A stretch of DNA of 64,000 bases, taken from assembly GCA_951406725.2 (NCBI GenBank), contig OX597821.1:111662001-111726000 (forward strand), in the 5' to 3' direction. The stretch is from Octopus vulgaris (Eukaryota). How positions within the stretch are numbered: position 1 is the first letter of the stretch; each line of letters begins with the position of its first letter. Below, in pieces: positions 52,820-64,000 of this stretch. A program made the position numbers and the translations under genes. A model generated the notes under the pieces. That model worked only from the letters and a program-made list of their open reading frames with translations. It was not told the DNA's origin and searched no databases.

Positions 52820-53074
52820 GTCACAGGAGAGGAAGAAGGGAGAGACGGTGGGAGAGAAATTGAAGGGAGAGAGAGAAGTGAAGGAGAGTGAGGAATGCGA
52901 GAGGGAGGAGAAAGTGGAGATAGAGAGAGGGGAGCCAGAGAGAGAGAGAGAGACAGGAATGAGAGTGAGGTAGCAAGGAAAAGAAGTGAAAGACAAAAAG
53001 AGGAGAGAGAGTGGGAGAGAGAAAGCATGATGAAGGATAGGAGAGAGGGGGGCAAGAGAGAGAAAGAGAGAAGG

Positions 53075-53125
<51 letters not shown>

Positions 53126-53592
53126 AAAGCAGAAGGGGAATGGTAGAATGGCAGAAAGAGTAGGGAGAAGTGAACGAGAGGAAGAAGGGAAAGATATGAG
53201 AGAAAGAAAGAGGAGAGAGTCAAAAAGAGAGAAAGTAAAAGATAGAATGAGAAAGAAAGAGAGCGAGAGGGAGAGAGAGAGAACGATAAAGAGAGAGATG
53301 AGTAACATGAAAGAGAGATGAATGAGATTAAAGACATGTAAGAGAGGGAAAGAAGAGAGAGAGAGTGAGCAAGGGAGTGAGAATGAGAGAAAGGGAGAAA
53401 GCAAAAGAGAATGGGCGAGAAAGAGAGAGAGAGAGAAAAAGAAGTAGTGAGACAGAGAAAGCAAGGAAGAGCGAGCAGTAGTGTGAGAGAAAACATGGGA
53501 CGTGAGAGAGAGGGAGTGAGTGAAAAAAGTGAAAAGCAGCAACGGAGTGGAGGGGATCGAAAGAAGGAGAGAGCAAGGGTGAGAGACTGAGT

Positions 53593-53638
<46 letters not shown>

Positions 53639-53640
53639 CA
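52820..53640 (+). repeat. Long purine-rich (GA) low-complexity tract
   Basis: Strong A/G strand bias with (GAAA)n and (GA)n; similar tracts at 12080-12470 and 54740-55075. Confidence 0.9.
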
Positions 53641-54019
53641 AAGGATTTCATTGAAATAAAATGCAGAGTTTGGAAAATAAAAGCATGTGGTGGGTAGGTC
53701 GAAAAATGTAGTTCTTTGAAGGTTTTAGTGGAATATGTGCGTAGATAGGGGTGGGGTGGGGGATGGTGTGAAGAGGGGTGAGGTGGGGGGTAGAAGAAGA
53801 GGAACTGGTAAAATGTAATCAAATCAAGCACGCGCGTGCATCAAACTACCTACGTACACATACACATACATACATACATACATACATACATACATACATA
53901 CATACATAGTGCAAACATACGTAAGTGCTTGTGTGTGTATATTAATATAAATATCTATGTATACATCAATCAAATACACATATACACATACATACACACA
54001 TATTTAAGTACATATATAT

Positions 54020-54088
<69 letters not shown>

Positions 54089-55033
54089 CGTGGATATAAA
54101 ATAGAGACACAGTGGGACAGATTAACACTCTCGTACACAGGGATATGAATACAAACGCATAGATATACATACATATTCACTCATACTCACAGACGCCCAC
54201 ACACGCATGCACACACACATATATATATGCACACACACACACATTTATATATATATATATATATATATGCACACACACATATGTATATATGCACACACAC
54301 ACACACATACACACACACACACACATATATATATATACACACACAGACACTCTCACATAACATACATGTAAAGATATAAATAATACACATACAGTAGGAG
54401 AGACTCGCGAGAATACAAACACACACACACGCATACACACACATATACACACACACACATACTTACATAGACATAGCACATACAGTTATGGATAGAGTAG
54501 GACACAATCACACGCAGAGATATACATACACACATGGAAGAGAGAGAAAGAGACAGACAGAGAAATCGTACAGGGCGAGAGAGGAAAAGAAAGGCAGATG
54601 ATGGAAAAGAGGGGTGTTGAGAGAAAGAGTGAGAAAGAGAGAGATAGAGTGAGGTATACACACTCAGGTGTACACAGCACGCATACATGTAGACACGTTT
54701 GTACAAACGCAGATAACACGGAGTTGGATATATAAGAAACGGGAGGGAGAGAGAGAGAGAGAGAGAGAGAGGAAGAAAGATAGAGATAGAGAGAGAGACA
54801 AAGAAAGATAGAGAGAGAGAAAGAAAGATAGAGATAGAGAGAGAGGGAGAGGAAGAAAGATAGAGATAGAGAGAGAGAGAAAGATAGATAGAGAAAGAGA
54901 GAGAGAGAGAGAAAGAAAGAGAGAGAGAGGGAGAAAGATAGAGATAGAGAGAGAGAGAGAGATAGAGAGAGAAAGAAAGATAGAGATAGAGAGAGCGAAA
55001 GAAAGATAGAGAGAGAGAGAAAGAAAGAAAGAT

Positions 55034-55066
<33 letters not shown>

Positions 55067-55399
55067 TAGACCAACAGACAGATAGGCGGGCAGCAGACAA
55101 AGAGACAAATGTGAGGAATGAAGACACACATATACATACGTACGTTTCGGCATACACAGGTAACGGTTACAAAGATGAACGTAAAGAATAAAGACACGGT
55201 GGCAGGAGGTTGGCGGGGAGGATGTCCGAACACATCAGTCGTAAATAAACACACACATACTCATACACACATAAATGTGTAGTCAGGTATAAGCATGTCT
55301 ACACACACACACATGCGCATGCGCACTCAAGCAAACTTACATACATATATATATATATATATATTATATATACATACATACATATATATATATATATGT

Positions 55400-55510
55400 T
55401 GGCCTGCTCGCTTAGCCAGCGGGGTGGCGTCATTCGAAGGCTAAAACAATGCGAACGCATTGTGATCAGCGATGTGTAACAACATATGATGGTCTGGTCG
55501 GTCACGTGAT
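55400..55510. repeat. Second copy of the hairpin-rich 110-bp repeat
   Basis: Reverse complement of 576-686, in (TA)n. Confidence 0.75.
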
Positions 55511-55573
55511 ATATATATGTGTGTGTGCGTGTGTGTGTGTATGTATGTATGTATGTATATATATATATATATG

Positions 55574-55902
55574 GTGACGGTGTATGGTTCAGTGGTTAGA
55601 GCGTCGAGCTTACGATCGTAAGGTTGTAAGTTCGACTCCTGAATCAGGCTGCGTGTTGTGTTCTTGAGCAAGATACTTTATTTCACGTTGCTCCAGTTAA
55701 CTCAGCTGTAGAAATGAGTTGCGAAGTCACAGGTGCCAAGCTGTATCGGCCTCTTTCCCTTTCCCTTGGATAACATCAGTGGTGTGGAGAATGGAGGCTT
55801 GTATTCATGGGCGACTGCTGGTTTTCCACAGACAACCTTGCCCGGACTTGTGCCTCGGAGGGCAACTTTCTAGGTGCAATCCCATGGTCATTCATGACCG
55901 AA

Positions 55903-55903
<1 letters not shown>
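55574..55903 (+). mobile_element. tRNA-headed SINE family S2b
   Basis: TGGTTCAGTGGTTAGAGCG...GTTCGACTCC; aligns to 15225-15557. Confidence 0.8.
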
Positions 55904-55941
<38 letters not shown>

Positions 55942-56194
55942 TGTGAATCATTGTGTTTGTCCCTCTCTGCCGCTTTTTAACTGGTGTAGGTTTATTTACG
56001 TCCTTTAACTTAGCAGTTTTTGTGACCATTATAATAAGCGCTGCGGTCGATTTGTTTGACTAAGCACTTCAGCATGGTGCTCCAGTATGGTTGCAATCCA
56101 GTGGCTGAAACAAGTAAAAAGGAGAAAAGCAGCCTCCTCTCTTTCACTTTCTCTCTCCCTCTCTCTTGCTCACACACGCGCGTGCGCATACATA

Positions 56195-56228
<34 letters not shown>

Positions 56229-56259
56229 TATTAGGGTTGTTTAGAGCAAATTTAAGAAT

Positions 56260-56960
56260 GGCTTCTGATTTAGGCATCAAGCCAACAATTTCGAGGAAAC
56301 TGGTTTTGTTCACACCGTTGACCCCAATTCAAATTTGCTCCGACTCGCTGGCTCCGAGTTCAAATCCCGTCGAGGTCAACTATGCCTTTTATTCTTTCGG
56401 GGTCAATAAAATAAAGTATCAGTCAAGTACTGGGTTCGATGGTATCAACTAACCTTCTACCCTCAAAATTCCTGGCCTCGTGCCGGGGCCATTATTATCT
56501 TGTTCATATAAGGCAGCGAGCTGGCAGAAACGTTAGCAGGCCGGGAAAAATGCTTATTAGAATTTCATTCGTCTTAACGCTTTGAGTTCAAATTCCGCCG
56601 AGGTCTACTTTGCCTTTGGGGGTCGATAAAAAAGTACTAGGTAGACACTGAGCTCGGTGTCATTGACTTACCTATTTCTTTACTACCCACAAAGGGCTAA
56701 ACACAGAGAGGACAAACAAGGAGAGACAAACGGATTAAGTCGATTATATCGACCCGAGTGCTTAACTGATACTTAATTTATCGACCCGAAAGGATGAAAG
56801 GCAAAGTCGAGATCGGCGGAATTTGAACGTAACGGCAGACGAAATACGGCTACGCATTTCGCCCGGCGTGCTAACGTTTCTGCCAGCTCGCCGCCTTTGT
56901 AATTGACTTACCTCGTCCACGAAAATGCTGGCCTTGTACCAAAATTTGAAGCTATTATTA
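56260..56960. mobile_element. Nested S3 SINE cluster
   Basis: Plus copies at ~56355 and 56510; minus copy 56672-56897 inserted between duplicated attgacttacct. Confidence 0.75.
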
Positions 56961-57629
56961 TCTTTTTCGTTCAAATGATAAAGAGATTAATGTTGCCTGA
57001 ATGAGAAATCCGGAGGAGCAGCGAAGTGAGTCATCGAATTTTAAAGAAACGGACTCTGTCACATACATTGAGTACTATTTCCTTTTGTGCCTACCAAAAC
57101 ATGTTCGTGTATGCGTGAGGCATTTTTTTTTTTTTTTTGGTGGGGAGAGGGAAAGGGGGACAGACAAGGATTACAGGAAGTTAAATTGAAAGGAAGATAA
57201 ACTGGAATAGAAAGAGGTGGTAGTTGGGTGGGGGACAGATTTAAAATACAGGCTCAAAAATAAATCGGAGGAGACGAAGACTGGGAGGAAGAAATGGAAA
57301 GAAGTAACGAAGAGCAGCGAGGAATTAATCTAAAATTATATTTTGTAATGAATGTAAAAACGATAGTGGTGGTGGTGGTGGTGGTGGTGGTGGTGGTGGT
57401 GGTGGTGGTGGTGGTGGTGGTGAGAAACACAGATATACATATAGATATGTAAACACATACATGTATATATATATATGTATGTACTTACGCGTATATGTAG
57501 GTTATGTTACACATACATACATACTTGTGTCTGTGTGTCTGTGTAGGTATGAACATGTAGGTAGATACATAAGTAGGACAAAATGGCAGAAACACAGAGA
57601 AGCAGACATATATACACATACATACATGC

Positions 57630-57692
<63 letters not shown>

Positions 57693-57842
57693 CATGTTGT
57701 ATGTCTGTGTGTGTGTTTATATATATGCTTGATGTATTTATATATGCATTTACACGTATTTATGTATGTATATGTGTGTCTATATGTATAAATGCATATA
57801 TGCGTGTAAACACAAACAGTGAGCGTATGAGTGAGAGCAGAG

Positions 57843-57858
57843 GGAAGAAGAAGAAGGA

Positions 57859-57893
<35 letters not shown>

Positions 57894-58172
57894 AGAAGAA
57901 GAAGAAGAAGAAGAAGAAGAAGAAGAAGAAGAAGAAGAAGAAGAAGAAGAAGAAGAAGAAGAAGAAGAAGAAGAAGAAGAAGAAGAAGAAGAAGAAGAAG
58001 AAGAAGAAGAAGAAGAAGAAGAAGAAAGAAGAGAAGAAGAAGAAGAAGAAGAAGAAGAAGAAGAAGAAAAGAAGAAGAAGAAGAAGAAGAAGAAGAAGAA
58101 GAAGAAGAAGAAGAAGAAGAAGAAGAAGAAGAAGAAGAAGATGAATACGAAGAAGGTGAATAAGAAGAAGGT

Positions 58173-58204
<32 letters not shown>

Positions 58205-58238
58205 AGGTGAATACGAAGAAGGTGAATAAGAAGAAGGT

Positions 58239-58309
<71 letters not shown>

Positions 58310-58372
58310 AGAAGAAGAAGAAGAAGAAGAAGAAGAAGAAGAAGAAGAAGAAGAAGACGACGACAAAGAAGA
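57843..58372 (+). repeat. (GAA)n microsatellite with higher-order ~66-bp duplication
   Basis: tgaatacgaagaaggtgaataagaagaaggtgaagaag occurs at ~58142 and ~58208. Confidence 0.95.
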
Positions 58373-59143
58373 GATACAGAAAGAAAAATACAAAGAAAGA
58401 CAAGTTCTTTACATAATATTGTCCATATTCTTTATATTTTATATTGTTCTGGTATTTCCTTGCCTCTTTTAGAATTGTTTTGCGTTTGAAGACAACAACC
58501 AATGAAGTGTTTGGATATAACCTTACGTTTGTAGTTAGCGCGAACATTTCAAGAATGAAGAGAGAGAAAGAAAGAGAGTGAGAGAGGGAAAAAAAATCAA
58601 GATGGGCGTGCGTATGATTTCTTTTGCTAAAACCTGTCTTTCAACATTAAGATAACATGATAGACAACTGGAATTTCACTGAAATAAATAAATTTATATA
58701 TAAATAAATAAATGCTGCTGTGGAATTGTAGGGGAAATTGGCGAAAATGAAGATAGAAAGGAAAACAGAAAGATAGAAAATGGTGGAGAAGAGAGGAGTA
58801 TAGAAGAAACAGAAAGGGGGAAGACAGTTATACATGTACAGCAATAATGAAGTTATGTATATATATATAGAAAGGCGTCTTATGGAAGAGAGACAGGGTT
58901 GGGGAATATTTGAGACAGAAAATTATGCTGGTGTTTCTGTTTTCTGCCTTTAATTCTTTCAGATTCTAATCTAAGTATTTTTTTCGTTTTTGCAGAAAGA
59001 AAATCTCCCCAAATACGATTAAAATAAAATATCTAGATTGTAAAATAAATCTTATCTCTTGGATGACACCACGAAATAAGAAAATATTTGTTTGTTATTT
59101 TTCATTAATATTAACGTAAGACTTTTTTTTTTGCTGCTGTATG

Positions 59144-59195
<52 letters not shown>

Positions 59196-59303
59196 TCCTG
59201 ATGTTTATTATTGCATTATGCAAGATTGTTTGAGAAAGGACATTCAGATCGCGATAAGGCTTACGTTGTTGATACAGCAGTGATATTAGGGCTTCGTGGT
59301 ATA

Positions 59304-59366
<63 letters not shown>

Positions 59367-59399
59367 TACATATACATATATACATATACACACACACAC

Positions 59400-59446
<47 letters not shown>

Positions 59447-60479
59447 TATATACATATACATATATGCATATATATACATATATATACATACATATATACA
59501 CTCTCTCTAAATATATTTGTATGTATATATGTGTGTGTATGTGTGCGTGTGCGTGTGTGGAAAATAGTGGGAACGAAGAAGATTTCTTTAAAATCAAATG
59601 ATAACGCGCATATCCTTAGTCACTTAGGGAAAATGTTCCCCCCTTCCTTATAAAACTCCCGAATTTATTTGGTTAACAGAACACAATGTTTTAGTTGAGA
59701 TGGTTGCCACTCTGGGCAGCGACACATTTTTAGAATCTGTCAGAAGACAAATTTAACTGAAATGCTGGCAAAGCACTAACTTAAATTTTCTACAAATATT
59801 TTTGGTTCTATTCCTCCAGTATAAATAAAGTTGTTATACAACATTCTTGAAACAATAATTTAATCAATAAAATCGAGAAAATATTTAAAACTGACGCTGC
59901 AAATGTGAAGATTATAAAAGAATACAAACTCATAGAATCGTCCTTACTTGTTCTCCATAAATGGTAAGATCTAAGATAACCATAAAGTTTAATTTCATTG
60001 GAAATATGTTAGAATGTTTCACGATGTTCGAAGAATTTTACATAATTCCTAGAAGAGAATTTACGCGAATAATTCGCGATGCCGATAAGCAGAAATGATA
60101 TTCAAGCTGTTACTGATTGCTTGATCCCTAACACTTCTGTATGATTTGGTGAGGTATCGTTAATGCTATTTAAGAATGGCTTAGACAGCATAATTAAGCC
60201 TTTACTTATATTTTAAACACAACTTGGAGGTGGGCATTTTGCCAACAAAAATATATGCAAAAGTTATTCCTGTGTCTAAGTCTAGATATAACAACCCCCA
60301 ACCTCAGCACTTATCGTTCACTTTTTTTAATATAAATACCATTGAAAAAAAATTATGGTTTCGTAAATCGTTAACTTTTATAATTCTATACGTCAGATAC
60401 TTTAAAAAAATTAGATCTTAGACAGTTGATGCTAGTGACGCTTCGTCTAAACCCGAATTATTTATCTGATTGTCAATGC

Positions 60480-60724
60480 CAATAGTTCTCAACCAGGGTT
60501 CGTATCACCCTTGGGGGTTCGTATAAGCTTAACATTTATGCGCAAAAATTGCTTATATTTCTATCAGCTACAAAATACTTTAACATTTTTTAATACAATT
60601 CTTAATAATATTTAATTATAAAAATAAGATATTTAATTATAAATATAGGATGTTATGATAGCCCATCCGAATTAAAGAAGAATCAAAGGTGGGTACACGG
60701 GCATAAAATGATTGAGAAACATTG
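60480..60724. mobile_element. hAT-type MITE
   Basis: TIRs caatagttctcaacc / gattgagaaacattg; decayed 8-bp flanks gtcaatgc / gtctaacc. Confidence 0.6.
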
Positions 60725-60835
60725 GTCTAACCTGAAATAAGAAAAAAAAAAGCGTTTTATGTCACCGAACTCTAATAATAAAATTATAACACAGCAGCAA
60801 CGTGCTGGTAAATGTGTTTCCGTGCCGGACAGAAT

Positions 60836-61740
60836 GCGCGAGATGGCAGGAACGTTAGCACGACGAGCGAAATGCGTAGCCGTATTTCGTCTGCCGCTAC
60901 GTTCTGAGTTCAAATTCCGCCGAAGTCGATTTGCCTTTCATCCTTTCGGGGTCGATAAATTAAGTACCAGTTGCGTACTGAGGCTGATCTAATCGACTGG
61001 CCACTCCAGTCAAATTTCTGGCCCTCTGCTTAGAGTAGAAAATATTTTTTCCGGTTCTTTACGTTCTGAGTTTAAATTCCGCCGAGGTCGACTTTGCCTT
61101 TCATCCTTTCGGAGTCGATAAATTAAGTACCACTTGCGTATTGGGATCGATCTTATCGACTGCCCCCACCCCTCAAATTTCGGGCCTTGTGCCTAGAGTA
61201 GAAAAGAATATTTCTTCTGCCTCTTTACGTTCTGAGTTCAAATTCCGCCGACGTCGACTTTGCCTTTAATCCTTTCGGGGTCGATAAATTAAGTACCAAT
61301 TACGCACTAGAGTCGATGTAATCGACTTAATCACTTTGTCTGTCCTTATTTGTCCCCTCTATGTTTAGCCCCTGGTGGGCAATAAAGAAATAAGAAACGT
61401 TAGCACGACGAGTGAAATGTTTAGCGGCATTTCATCTGTCTTTATGTTCTGAGTTCAAATTCCCCCGAGGTCGACTTTGCCCTTCATCCTTTCGGGGTCG
61501 ATAAATTAAGTACCAGTTGCGTATTGGGATCGATCTAATCGACTGCCCCAAAAATTTTGGGCCTTGTGCCTAGAGTAGAAGAGAATATGTCTTCCGTCTC
61601 TTTACGTTCTGCGTTCAAATTCCGCCGAGGTCGACTTTGCTTTCATCTAAGTACCAGTTGAATACTGGGGGAGGGGTCGATGTAACCGATTTCTCCTTCC
61701 CCTCAGAACTGTTAGCCTCGTGCCAAAATTAGAAATCAAA
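60836..61740 (+). mobile_element. Head-to-tail array of five S3 SINE units
   Basis: tacgttctgagttcaaattccgccgaggtcgactttgcctttcatcctttcggggtcgataaattaagtacc recurs at ~60898, 61060, 61226, 61444, 61603. Confidence 0.9.
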
Positions 61741-62424
61741 TAAGAAAGAACTAATAGCAAAATTGCAGCTCTATGCTCGTTAGGTCATCTGTTGGTCGAT
61801 ATTGTTTATATATTTAGAGGACAAGGGAAGATTTTTGAAAAAGCTGAATAGTTACCCATGCATGCAACTCTCTCCTCCTCCACGCCACCAAGAGAAAGGC
61901 TACCGATCTGGACCGATACAGCTTAGCACCAATGTCGTCTCAGAATACAAAAAGCCAGAATAAATACTACAAGGCACCTTGACCATTCTCTAACAGTTCC
62001 GCTATTCTACGGTCCAACATTGGCCCTTTTTTTTTATCGATATCGAATGGATGAAGATAAAGTTAACTTTGGTGGGATTCGAACTCAAAGTGCAAAGTTG
62101 GAACAAATACTGCGAAGCAGTCTATCCAACCTACATCAAACTCCAGTCCTTGATGTGATGTGATGGCTTGTATGAGAGCTAAGCCAGCGGACTGCAAGCT
62201 CCTGGTAGCGTTTTCGATACTGGATAGGCCTAAGGACAGAAGCCAGACTAACATGGATCATCTCTTCTCAGTGATATAAATGGATTAACGTAGGGCCAAC
62301 GACGCTATCTAGAAATAAAGTAACGTTACAGAAGCATTGATGATAGTTCAAAATCAAAAAGATTTGGATAGAGATGGTCTTCTCTCGGGAATACGTAACT
62401 TGGTGCAGCAAAATTCGAAAGAAC

Positions 62425-62548
62425 TGAAGCAGAGCTGAAAAAGCAGGGATCCAGCTGGGGAGAAGCAGAAACGATAACTCAGAGTCGAGATGAGTGGAGA
62501 CAAGTCGTCAAGGGCGTATGTTCAAGAGGGATTAAAGGGTTTAAGCAA
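62425..62548 (+). mobile_element. RTE-clade LINE extreme 3' fragment
   Basis: EAELKKQGSSWGEAETITQSRDEWRQVVKGVCSRG resembles the RTE ORF2 C-terminus. Confidence 0.6.
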
Positions 62549-62959
62549 GGAGATAAGTAATTCTATCCGACTCTCCAACGTCTAAGCCAATTTGCCACTT
62601 TTGTCCTTCGTTATACGACATGCAGCGAGTTGGGAGTCTCAAAGTTACACTGAGAATAGAATAGGGTTTCTTGATCTGGGAAACATCTAAACCTTGAGAA
62701 ACTATTAAAGCGAAATGTGTTACCCAAGGTTCAATACTCAGCCTACTATTATTTACGATCAACAAACAGCAGACGATGCTGCACTCTGCATGACGATAAA
62801 GCATTGTTTGAAATACAGAACTGGGAACTAATCAATATGTAATATTTACAATGCTGGCTTTATTTAAATAAACTGGCCATAAAAACAAAGACAAGCAATC
62901 ATTGTTTGTTTAATTCAAGTGCTGGTCGTGGAAGTAGTAGGAGTGAGAGTAGTCATAAG

Positions 62960-63060
62960 ACCATTGCCTGTTCAATGAGTGTAAGTGATACAGAGAAGAG
63001 ACTTGAATGGCTTATTCAATAACTCATCTTTTTCTAAATGATGTAGATGAAGTAGATGAC

Positions 63061-63097
<37 letters not shown>

Positions 63098-63445
63098 GAT
63101 GAAATTAAGTGGATTCAAGATGTTAATTTAATCAACTTAAAACATTTGAAAAATCTATCTTTGTTATAGAGAAATGGCAAAAGTCCCTTGCAATAAACGC
63201 ATTTATAAGCTTTTATCTCTCCCTCGTGACGCTACATCTAAATCATTATTATCTAGTTTCGAGGAGAAGGAAACAAAAATGCAAGTTAATCGATACGATG
63301 CTGCACCGAAAATCTTGATAAAAATGGCAATGAGGATGGAACAGAAGAAATATTCCAATAGTCCAAAGTGAACTTTTGTTGAAGAATTGCGCCGCTTTAA
63401 CTACAAGGGAATCGTTTCATGACCAACATTACTTCATTTATAAAT
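62960..63445 (+). pseudogene. Possible decayed piggyBac transposase N-terminal region
   Basis: Acidic D-rich stretch, LP.DAT...L...F, VNRY, then EELRRF..KGIVS*PTLLHL resembling E..AF.G....MGIV..P....YW; heavily disrupted. Confidence 0.4.
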
Positions 63446-63547
63446 AACTTCATAGAATATTTATTCCAAAATTTTTTCATGAAATAGTTGTAAAAGCTAA
63501 CAGGACTGGATTATAGACCGTTCTCCGACTAGACGGGATACATATAT

Positions 63548-63627
<80 letters not shown>

Positions 63628-64000
63628 GTGTGCATGTGTGTGTGTGTGTGTGCATGATTGTTATATTAGTGTACATGTAGGAGAAAACGTAAGATATCTC
63701 CCATCAGAAATTCTTCAGATAGAGCATCAAATAATACCTATTTTTTGATTCTCTGTCTGAAGAATTTCAAATAGGAGATGTCTTATATATTTTCTCCCCC
63801 ATGTACTTCTGTTATGTACTTCTATAATAGAAGTTTTGTAACTTCTATTAGCGAATGAAACACGTGTAATGGTGAATAGATAATACCAAAAAAAGAAAAA
63901 ATACCAATATCTTGTTTTAATTTCTAATAAATGTAGAATGCCATAAATTTTAATTAAAGGTATTGTCAATTAAATCGACGGTAGTATTTGACTGGTACTT

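Noticed and set aside
55140-55290. Possible exon in a unique block (also 45790-45920 and 50462-50530)
   Set aside because: Only weak splice-like dinucleotides and no recognisable peptide.
57461-58547. Poly-K/E/R/S/F ORFs
   Set aside because: Translations of (GAA)n.

Overview
AT-rich, microsatellite-saturated eukaryotic DNA with no intact host gene that I can support. The repeat landscape most resembles an octopus/coleoid cephalopod genome; this is my inference from the SINE types and the (TA)n/(CA)n/(GATA)n density. Almost all ORF-track entries are microsatellite translations. Real coding remnants are all transposon-derived: a maT/Tc1-mariner transposase, mariner fragments and MITEs, an L1/Tx1 ORF2 3' half, two CR1/L2-group LINE 3' ends, a Penelope GIY-YIG endonuclease, an R4/Dong-like restriction-like endonuclease, an RTE tail and a possible piggyBac remnant. 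Three tRNA-headed SINE-like families are present in many copies. Highlights: (1) a complete ~2.03 kb ORF1-only retroelement (RRM-like + CCHC, 29-bp 5' monomers, AATAAA end, 17-bp TSD) inserted in a SINE head, i.e. a HAL1-like 'half-LINE'; (2) about a dozen type I hammerhead-ribozyme motifs in Penelope-type remnants, including a fully canonical one, a U3-A8 compensated one and a family with covarying stem I; (3) two SINE/LINE 3'-tail partnerships visible inside the window; (4) several foldback palindromes. All alignments and folds were done by eye, so coordinates of degenerate repeats are approximate.
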